In this document: in pieces, positions 28,101-39,449 of the stretch | How positions within the stretch are numbered: position 1 is the first letter of the stretch | Layout of the letters: every line of letters starts with the position of its first letter | Assembly (NCBI RefSeq): GCF_006345805.1 | Contig: NC_042999.1 | Coordinates: 124,868,001-124,932,000 of the forward strand | DNA from: Octopus sinensis | Taxonomy: Eukaryota | Length of the DNA stretch: 64,000 nucleotides | Reading direction: 5' to 3' | The notes under the pieces: generated by a model | Databases searched by the model: none | What the model was told of the DNA's origin: nothing | Seen by the model: the letters and a program-made list of their open reading frames with translations, nothing else | Made by a program: the position numbers and the translations under genes

Positions 28101-31100
28101 CATAATATAATTACTCTTATGCAATAATAAAAAAAAATTCTTAGATTAATATATATCCACAAAAAGGAGAAGAGTAGAGTTAATAAAATCCACCCAAGTT
28201 TTATTAATTCCCTTCTGCTCTTCTTCCAAGATGACAGGTAAGGTTGATCATGTCCAGATTTGGACACAAAGGATTTTGTCCCTTGCCATTTCTCTTCTGC
28301 CATCCACTACCAGTGTTGCAATCACTATCATCATTATTGCAGCTGCTGCATTTGATCTTATCCCCATATTTTTTTTATATAAATACTTTAATTTATCATC
28401 TATATTAGAATGACTTATGAATTTTTTAGTTACTATTTACAAAACTAAAATTCTGACTGTGGTCAGGACAGTTTGCAGTGTTTATAAATTCTTGGCATCA
28501 CTTTAGTCTTAGCCATCTCATGTTAACTCATGACAATTGAAACATCTCTCAGGCTCTTCTACAATCCTTTTCATAAACTCATTGATTCTTTCCAGCGATA
28601 TCTGCACTTTCAGCCATCATATACATTGTTAGATCAACAAACTTGTTTCTGCATGAAGTTTCTTTCTTGTTGCCATTGTTATCATTAATACCATAAAAAT
28701 AAGTCCTATTATAATGAAAGGCATTTAATCTTGTCAAACTGTAATTTCTGCTTCTCTTAGCAGTAATGTCATTGGAAAACCAACAATACAAGCTGAATTA
28801 AAAGGCAAAATATGCTTCTCATTGAGATTATAATTTTGTACCAATTACCATTAAGATACTCAGTGGAGATTGTGCTCTTGCTAAAAAGCTTCTTTTTTTT
28901 ATCCTTCTGAGAGATGATAAACCACCAGTTGATTTAACAAATTGTTCCTTTAACAAAATAGTGTGGTCTTGTGCCTTTGTTACTATCATCATGATAGTTA
29001 GCAAAAACTGGATTTTACAGACAAAATGACTTATTTAGATTTGATCCTTCATGTTCTCAATTCAAATCCTACTGAAGTCAGCTTTATTATTCATTCTTCT
29101 GGAGTCAATAAAATACATACCTGTCAAGTGCTGAAAGCTTCTGTAATAGACAAATTTGCCTCCCCTAAAATTTTCTGGCCTTATTTCTATGTAAGAATTT
29201 ATTATAATTATTGAGTGAGAGAGCAGCACATACCATCAAAGTGACACTGGGATACAAATATACAAAACTCAATATACTCATCAAGACTACCCATCTGATA
29301 AAGGCATACCAGGCACTTAATCACAAACATATGTGTGTCACAGTGATCTCATATGAACATAAACAGCACATGACCTTGCAGGTGGGGCCCAGTTAGAATT
29401 TTCTTCAGGTCAAGTAGCCCATCCTGCTCAGAAGATCGCTGAATAAAGTTTAAGGATGATGAATGAAACACCCATATTTCCAGAGGTAAATTATTCAAAT
29501 CCTAAAGAATTCCTTTCAACACATAGCTATGATGCTCCCTCACTACTTCTGTTCATGATCAGATACACATATCGTCAGCCACTAAGGGACATGCTCAACT
29601 GGTTAAGGTGAAGCAGCTGACAAGCAAATCTGTGGTATTGAGCAGAATATTTGCTGTAGCCCATCTTTTATAACAAGGTAAAGCATGTACATGATAACAC
29701 TTCCAATCAGTTAAGATCAAAAGTCATGAGAGCCACTGCCTTTATTATTATTTAAGGCAGCGAGTTGACAGAATTGTTAGCATGCCTGGCAAAATGCCTA
29801 GCAGTATTTTTCCTGTTGCTATGTTCTAAGTTCAAATTCTGCCAGGGCTGGCTTTGCCTTTCATCCTTTCAAGGTTGATAAATTAAGTACCAGTTGAATA
29901 TTGTGGTCGATGTAATCGACTAGCCCTCTCCCCACCAAAAAAATTTCAGGCTTTGTGCCTATAGTAGAAAGGTTTATTATTTTATTCAGTCGACTTTGCT
30001 GTAAGTTCCATAAAGACCACACTACTTCTATTGGTTCTTGTTCCAACATGCTAATTTTTTTTTTTTTTTACAGCCTTCTGTTTCTGAGGAGAGTTTTGAT
30101 AGTGACAGTATCATATCAGAGGATGAAGCCCGAGTTAATTTGCCTTTGAAGAGAGTTCTACACTGGTTGAGAGTAATAGCAACTGGTAATTCACCTGTTG
30201 CTACCTATAATATCAACCTCATGCATATATTAGGGAGTGTTACTGTGAGTACTGTATTTTCGCATGTATTATTAGAAAAAAATGTTTATTTTGCTGGTGT
30301 TTCTTTTTCCTCTTTGTAAATCTAGCCACCATTCATATAGAAAATCTGTCAACAGGGAAAGATGACTGATGTCTTTTTTTTTTATACTTGTTTTAGTCAT
30401 TTGACTGTGACCATGCTTGGGCACTATCTTGAGGAATTTTAGTCAAACTAATCTACCCCAGTACTTATTTTTCTTTTTAAGCCTTGTCTCTCAGATTTTT
30501 TGCCGAACTGCTAAGTTACAGTGACGTAAACACACCAACACCAGTTGTCAAGTGGTGGTGGGGTGCAAACAAAGACACACACACTCACACGATGGGCTTC
30601 TTTCATTTAACCAAGGTGCCACATGGTGGGATTAAACTCAGAATCATGTGGCTAAGAAGCAAACTTTTTACCATAGTCATGCCTCATTGAGATACAAAAA
30701 TATTGTATGTTGCTTTGCTGCAAAAGCCCACCAGATTGTTTATAGTTGAATTTGGACTTGTTACTTTGGTCAGTTTTTGCATCTGCTTTCATTGTATTTT
30801 GATGTTCTGTCATAGGTTTTCCTGTTGTAGATGACAGATGAGACCGGCACACAAAGACACACACATATATATATAGTTCAAATGTACAGAAAATGAAAGA
30901 CAGACAGGCAAGGGAACAACAAGCAAATGTATTAGTTTGACACTTGGGAAGAATGGAAAAATATATACAGACACAGAGAGCTTCTTTCAGTTTCCGTCTT
31001 CCAAATTCACTCACACGGCTTTGGTCAGCCCAGAGCTATAGGAGAAAACACTTACCCAAGGTGCCACACAGTGAGCAAGTGTCTTCTACCGTAGCCCAGT

Positions 31101-34100
31101 CTTGTCATATTTATGTAACAAGCTTTATATTGTTTCTCTTTACCAAATTCTCTCACAATGCATTATTCAACCTAGGGCTGCAACAGAATATACTTGCGCA
31201 AGGTACCACACAGTACCACCTGAACCACAACCATGTGTTGTGAAGCAGACAGCTAAACTACACATGTATAAAACAAACTCTGATACCACACACATAGCAT
31301 TAGGACACAAACACTCCTCACATTGTGTCCGCTTACCATACTTACACAGACACATGTATATGCACACATTGCACTCTTATTGCATCCAACTTGCATTTCA
31401 TGCATCACTCATTGTACATGTTGTATATTCTTCATGAGACATTTTGCATTTGGTATATACTTAAAATATCATATACTTCGCATAAGTTAGTATACTCCCA
31501 TTACATATGTACACATCATATCTGTTTGCATATCATTCATTGCATAAGCATGCATTACATGAGAAAAACACTTGAACCATTTACGCTGTTGATAGAAATG
31601 CTCTTTTTAAGAGCAAGCCAGAACATACTTGAATCAACATATTTATCAGTGTTTTGTACAGAATTAACCTGTTAACATACAGATTACTCTGTCAAATGTG
31701 ATGCTTATTGATTAATATTGTTTTGAATTAATCATGAATTATCTTGTAGTTTCAAGATTTTGGTTATGTGATTGTTTATTGATGACTTTGTGTAGGGTAG
31801 GTGTGAGAGACTGAATCTGTTTGGTTTGAATATAAAACAGGTAGAATATTTGGGCCTAATATGGCCAGTTTACATGCTAAAGGGCTAAACCTTATCAAAG
31901 AAAGAAATGGTTCTTTATAACTTCTGTAATATTTATTATTGTAAACAGCTTTAGGTTAGTGCTTGGTGTAGTCGTCAATAAATAAAACGAAAACCAAATT
32001 TTTTCTGTGTGTAAGAAATGGGAACAAAATTGTGGTTACTGTTTATTTAGAAAAAAATAAAATAACTCTTCAGTTATATTTTTATGTATATTGACTGTTT
32101 GTTTGTTTTTTATATGTCTGCTTGTGAAATAGTTACATTTGTTTTCAGCTCTTTTACTTTATTTTCAGACTCTATGTTGTGTGGACAAGAAAGGTATTCT
32201 GTCTTGGCCAAATCCTTCTGCTGAAAAAGTCTTCTTCTTTTCTGATATTCAACAATCAACTGAGAACAACAGCCCCCATGATTCTTTATATTCTTACTCT
32301 GAAGACTTCACAGGATCTCAACACCAACCAGACCCTGGCAGCACAGCTGACTGCACATGTTTTCATAAAGAAAATACCACAGAGCCAATTCATGGTCAGT
32401 GACACTTCCATAATTTTTATTACTCTTGTAGGATTCTTTCAAAGTAATTTTTTTTTATAGCTTAGTGGTTTAAGGTATTGGGCTCACAGTCATAAGGTCA
32501 TAGGTTCAAATCCTTAGACCAGATAGCACATTGTGTCCTTGAGTAAGACAAGACACTTCATTTCATGTTGTTCCATTCTACTCAGGTGAAATGAATGCCA
32601 TCCCAGTGCTGATACAATCCTTTCTCACTCCATCTGTTACATCCTAGATGTTCTGCTGCATCAAGTATGAGATAGTGTCTGTGTTTGGTTGTGACTACAT
32701 GGGCACCTAAAATCAGAGGAAACGTGTTATGTTATCAAATTATACCTCCTTCCATGTGATGGCTATGTTTTCTTATATAGTGGAACAAAAGATAGATCTA
32801 AAGGGAGACTGTGCTAGGTTTTTTACGTTACGTTATAATCCCAGTCCATGCTATAAAATGGTTTCTGTTATACAGAACATGAAAACATGCTAAAAAGCAT
32901 TACTGATGCAACAGCAAAGATTCATGGGTGATGTTGTCATGCATATTTGATGATAAAATAGCACAATAAGTATAAGACACTGCAAAAATAGCCCTATCCT
33001 ACTCATGGCAGTATATCAAAACAGACATAAAACAATGATGACTATGATGCTGTTACTACTGTACAATTTTGTATCCATTATTCTCTGTGAGTATTGAATA
33101 TCCAGATCAAACTGACGGGTCATATCCAACTCCACTGATATTGATTTAAAATTTTTTTTATTTTTGTGCCCATCCAGTGATGAATTTCAAGTTATTAAAC
33201 ATCGCACTTAACACTGTTAAGCTGAAAATATTTATTAGAGTGCCTGAACTCTTTACAAATATGAATTGTACATATTTCTAATTATGTAGATTGAGCAGTT
33301 GAGAATTATTAAGCACAAACTATTAAGTGAGCATCTCTATGCAGGGCATCCACAGGGAAATTAAACACTTTCTTTAACCCTTTGTCTTCACTTGTCTACT
33401 ATGGGTGGCCAAAACAGTATAGTCTTCCTTACCAGTTAACCTCTTTTACATGATTAAATAACTCAGGACACCAAAAGGTCAGCTAACACATACCAACTAT
33501 AACAAAATTGAACATTAGCCCTCTAGCATTTAAACCAGCCATATCCAGTTCAAATATTCTACCTGTTTTATTTTCTAACCAGCCAGATCCAGCCTATCAC
33601 ACCTACCTTTCAGTGCCTTCTAAAAAATATACAATCATGTCATCAAAATTTCAAGGCTATGAGATAATTAAAAGAAAAAAAAAACATTGTGAATGAAAAA
33701 GCATTACATTTGACAGAATAATCTGAATGCTAAAGGGTTAAACTGCTGGTGGTGGTGGTGATGATAATGGTTAATTTCTTTTTCAGTTCCTAAAACCAGC
33801 TGTCATGTTGAAGTTTTGGATTTAACTCATGATTCAAAGGTAAATATAAGTTGAATTTTTTTTATTTTCAGAAATATTTTTATTGCTTAGGTACAATATG
33901 AAGTCAGTTATAAATATGAACTGTACATATTTCTAATTATGTAGATTGAATGATTGAGAATTCATCATCATTTAGCGTTCGCTTTCCATGCTTGCATGGG
34001 TTGGACGGTTCAACTGGGGTCTGGGAAGCCAGAAGGCTGTACCAGACCCAGTCTGATCTGGCAGTGTTTCTACGACTGGATGCCTTTCCTAACACCAACC

Positions 34101-37018
34101 ACTCCGTGAGTGTAGTGGGTGCTTTTTACGTGCCACCGCCACGGAGGCCAGGCGAGGCTGGCAACGGCCACGATCGGATGGTGCTTTTTATGTGCCACTG
34201 GCACGCACAAACAATACAAATTTAAGAATAATGAGCAAATTATCCAGCAACTTCCTCTTTGTTTTACACATGAATTGCAAATACTGCTTACAAGTGCATG
34301 TATGTGTATATATATATATATAACTGCTAATATCCTATATAGCAAGGTCTGTTGGCAGTCTTATGGTGAAGTTGTAATATTTCTTTTCTTCAAAATTTAC
34401 AAAATTCCTTTTATAATTTTGTGGTTGCCTTTTTTAATTCCTTGGTTTAATGTTTTCAGTTATAATTAATTTGATTTATTTCTCATTTCAGAATTCATTT
34501 GGATTACATTTTGACGATCCAACCTGGAAAAATCATATATCATCTTTGAAACCATTAGTAAGCATTTGAACTCTATATATACTTGTGATATTTGAAGTAT
34601 TGGCTTCCCAAAAATCAAGTTTTAATGTTTTTTTTTTTTTTGTTTTTGTTTTTTTTTTTGAGAATCACTCTTCAGTTAAATAGTTGTACAATTACCTATA
34701 TGATCTGGAACTCATATTTTACTCTTAAACAATACACAGTTCTCTACTCATCTGAGTGTAAAAGAAAAACAATAGGATTAAATATTACTGATTTTTAGAT
34801 TGAAAATTGGTGGGGAGGTTAACATCGTTTTTGAAATTGCATTGTTCTCAAGTTAATGTGGTAAATTGTCTACCATTGTTCAAGATTAATTTCTTTTTAA
34901 TTCTAAAAAGAAATTAACATCTTAAATTTATTATTTGTGATGAATGTATAAATTCTTATAAAAAAGATAGCTCTGAATATTTATAAGTATCTTGAAGGAA
35001 ATAGTTCTTAATTTAGAATTTGTTTAAAATTATGTGTAGAACAATCATTTGGGGGGGGGGGGGGTAAACAAACTTTAAATGATGGTGGTATTGAATGATT
35101 ACTGTATCTTCATTTAGACTATGTGTAAGAGAATTTATTGTCATTAGTTTGAAGGGCAAAGCCAGAAAAAGAACAGCCAATGTCATAATGCTATGGACCT
35201 TTGTATAAAAAAAGTGTCTGATCACTTTTTAATAGATGCTTATGTGAGTTAGCAAGACAGATTGGGTTCTCCAACAATGCCCTTGATATATTTACTAAAA
35301 AGCAGATTATTGGTGTCTATAGTTATGTTGATTGAAAAACTGATGAATTTTTGTTGGCTTTTTGTGTCAGTCACAAAAGACAACTAATATTTAGAGTAAT
35401 AACAAAATAAAGGGAAGGTCAAAGTAATGGAATAGTTTGTATGATGTCTTACTGTACCTAGTCAGAAGTCTTATTTAGAGTTCAAATCTTGTCAATGAAG
35501 TTTTTTTTAATTTTTTTTTTTATACATTCCTTTGGTCAGTAATTACCTGAAATCCATTCAGTATACCCTACTCCTGTCTCCTATTAAGAATTGTCCCTGT
35601 ATTATGTGATGAAATTAATACATCCTGAAGTCCTCCAAAACATTTAATTCATATATGAAAGAGGGTTACAAGCAACCCAAGAGCTAAAAAATGCTAGAGG
35701 ACCTTTTGATTTATAGAATTAAATTTCATATTAGTGTTCTGGTTAAGAAATGTAAAATTGTTTTGTCCCGAAAATTATTGTAATTATTTAAAGAAATATT
35801 TATTTTTTTAAATTTTATTTTTTCTTATTTCATATTGATCTCTTATTAGGGATTAAATATCTTAGCTAACACCTGTAATACAAGTATTGCTACTTGGTAT
35901 TCTCAGTTCACTGACCATGTAGCAACTGCTGCTCTGGAAAATGAGGGCACTGTTGCAGTACTAAATAGAAGGTATGTATTCTTTGATCTTCATATTATTA
36001 CAATTTGTTGTTTGTTTTTGAACTTTTCTGAAAAGCAAAACAACTGGTTAACATTCACTACACTCCAAGCCCTTCCTTCCACTGCCCATCGCTTTGACTA
36101 CTTCTCTCTCAGTTCCCTTCTATTACATATATTTCATTTTCCACTTGATAAAACAATTTGTAAGAAAGAGAAGTTGTCTTTGTGTATATGTATGTATGTG
36201 AAAGAGTGGGAGGAAAGTTATCTAAGGGAAGACAAAGTAAAACAGTCAGAGCAAGTGTGTCTTAAGTAGATAAAGAGAATAAGAATGAAGGAATGAAATG
36301 GAAGGTAAGAGTTGTTTTCTGGCAGTATACTGAATTACTTAGTAAAAAAAATCTGTAACAACTACTAACTAAATGTAGTTAATGAAGATTAAGGAATCAT
36401 TCTTACTTCAAAATAGGTGTATGTGTAAAGTATGTGTATATGTGTGTGTGTATATATATATATATATATGTGGCACATAAAAAACACCATCCGAGCGTGG
36501 CCGTTTGCCAGCCTCGTCTGGCAACTGTGTCGGTGGCACATAAAATCACCCACTACACTCTCGGAGTGGTTGGCGTTAGGAAGGGCATCCAGCTGTAGAA
36601 ACACTGCCAGATCTGACTGGACTGGTGCAGCTTTCGGGCTCCCCAGACCGGGCACGTAACAAACACCATCCGATCGTGGCCGTTTGCCAGCCTCATCTGG
36701 CACCTGTGTCGGTGGCACATAAAAACACCATCCGAGCGCGGCCGTCTGCCAGCCTCGTCTGGCACCTGTGTCGGTGGCACATAAAAAACACCATCCGAGC
36801 GTGACCGTTTGCCAGCCTCGTCTGGCACCTGTGTCGGTGGCACATAAAATCACCCACTACACTCTCGGAGTGGTTGGCGTTAGGAAGGGCATCCAGCTGT
36901 AGAAACACTGCCAGATCTGACTGGACTGGTGCAGCTTTCGGGCTCCCCAGACCCCAGTTGAACCGTCCAACCCATGCTAGCATGGAAAGCAGACGTTAAA
37001 TGATGATGATGATGATGA

Positions 37019-37054
<36 letters not shown>

Positions 37055-37168
37055 TCCTTCCTTCCCATGCATCAGGTGTTCCAGTCTGATCTGGCATGGT
37101 TTCTATGGCTCGATGCCCTTCCTAATGCCAACCATTCTAAGAGTGTAATGGGTACTTTTTACATATAT

Positions 37169-37203
<35 letters not shown>

Positions 37204-39410
37204 TGCATACATTTAATTAGTGTATGATGTACACTAGGAAAAACCACCCAGTGGCAGGTCATCATTTGGATGAATAGATTTGAAGTGAAGCTCCTACAAT
37301 ACCCTGCATGTTAGTATGCAAGAAAGCATGCTAGTGTGTGTGTGTGTGTAGTCAGTTTTGATACACTTTCCTTTTATAAATTCCTCTTGTAAGTTATTAG
37401 TGGACTTGAGAATTTAATAGAATTTTGTGAAAAAGTACCATGTTGTGTTATCAAATCTGCAATCTCATTGTGTCTCTGAGAAGTTCTTAACCACACAGTC
37501 ATGCCTGCACCAATATAGCAACCAGAAAGGGGGTTGGGATTGGATGGTATTTACTAATTCCTTCATTGAATGGAATTGTTTTCATATTCAGTATTTTAAA
37601 TATTTCCTCTTTTAATAGATGCTTATGTGAGTTAGCAAGACAGATTGGGTTCTCCAACAATGCCCTTGATATATTTTCTAAAAAGCAGATTATTGGTGTC
37701 TATAGACAGGTGGTGAGTATTCTTTTCTGCCTCTAAACCATTTTAATTACTATTCTCTATTATTTAATTCAAACTTACATTTTTCAGTTTACCATTTTAT
37801 TGATTACATTGACTCCAGAGCTCAACTGGTATTTTATCAACCCCGAAAGGACGAAAGGCAAAGTCAACCTTAGCAAAATATTCAACTTGGAACATAAAAA
37901 TGGACAAAATGCTTAGCAGCATTTTGCCCAGTATGCTAACAATTCTGCCAGCTCACCTTAATTTACCATTTTATCATATTTGATTATGCTCATTAGATGA
38001 GACTAGTAGAAATACATCTGAATAACACAGCAGTCATTGTTTTTAATGGTTTAGTCAAGAAGAAAGGGCTGTGCCCATAGCATTCACAACCCTCTGAGAC
38101 CAACATGGCACTAATTATAAATAACAAGCTAGTTGTTTACCTCTTCCACCCAGGCCCACACAACATCCTTTTTCTCTGTATCAGCTGTTAAACTCCACTT
38201 CAGCTGACCCTTCCTCCTCAGAATTCTCTCCCCACCCACATTTTCCCTGAGGTTTTTAACCTATAGATCTTCAAGCTCAATAAAAAAAAAACTGATTTGA
38301 TCTCACCTGTCTCAAAAACACTCCAAAGATCTTGAATGTTACTAGGCTAAACCTTAAAAAGATCAAAATCTTAACTGTTTTCTTTATCGCATAGTAATTG
38401 TTAATTATCTGAATTAAAAAATTTTGTGCATATTCAATTTTTTTTTAATCCTGTAAATTGATATTTGTATTCACTATAACTATAAAAGCCAGAATGAAGT
38501 TACTCCTATTTTCTTTGGAATTTATTTTCAGCTTGAAGAGAGAGCTGCTAAAGAGAGGCTGCAGAGAGCTCGTTCAAATGTACATCATAAAATTCCAATG
38601 CCAAATATGGTTTCAATTGTTGTGAAAGAAAAAAATTCTGGTAATTTTTTTTTTCCTTGCTCTCCTACAGGTAAAATGTATTCACGAATGTCCATCAAGG
38701 TAATGATGGCAGACGATGAACTTGATTTTGATAAATGAGTGTTCCAGTTTTTCAATCAACATAACTATCATAATTGTGTCATTAATGTTCTTTCTTGGCC
38801 AAACTCAGTGTGAAACTGTGTGTGACAATGTTGGGTCCTCAAACAGTAGATATAGATTATCAGATGAGCTTCTACATACTTTCTATCTACCCCATCTTTC
38901 ACTCACAAGGTTTGGATCAATCTGAGGCACTGGCAGAAGACAGTGTAAGATGCCTCACTGTGGGATTATGAAGCAAACTTCTTAACCACACATCCATTCA
39001 CAAAGTGCAGGTATGGTTGTGTGGTTATGAATCTTGTTTTCCAACCATGTGGTCTTGGGTTCAGTCCCACTGTATGGCATATTGGATAAGTGTTTTCTAT
39101 TATAACCCCTGGTCGATTAAAGCCATGTAAATGGATATGATACCCAGAAACTGAAAGAAACATATCACACATGCACACACATATATACTTGTGTGTGTAC
39201 ACTTGTCTAGATATCACGTGATAATAATTGTAAATGAGCGTCATTTTCATACAATCAAGCTTGTTCATTTCCAGTTTTCCATAGCTGTGGGAAAATGTTA
39301 TCTTGCTCGGAAATAAGCGAGGGCATTCAGCCATAGAAAATTTGCCTCAACAAATTTTGTCTGACACACACAAGCATGGAAAAGGTATCATTAAATGATG
39401 ATGATGATAG

Positions 39411-39449
<39 letters not shown>

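Noticed and set aside
28420-28800. Possible decayed coding sequence on the minus strand (KFVDLT.., KCRYRWKE)
   Set aside because: Multiple stops in all frames, and I cannot assign a family; tBLASTx would be needed.
36389-36983. Several 75-154 aa ORFs and a CRISPR-like repeat array
   Set aside because: Arise from 61-bp tandem units of a retroposon; there are no unique spacers or cas genes, and the context is eukaryotic.
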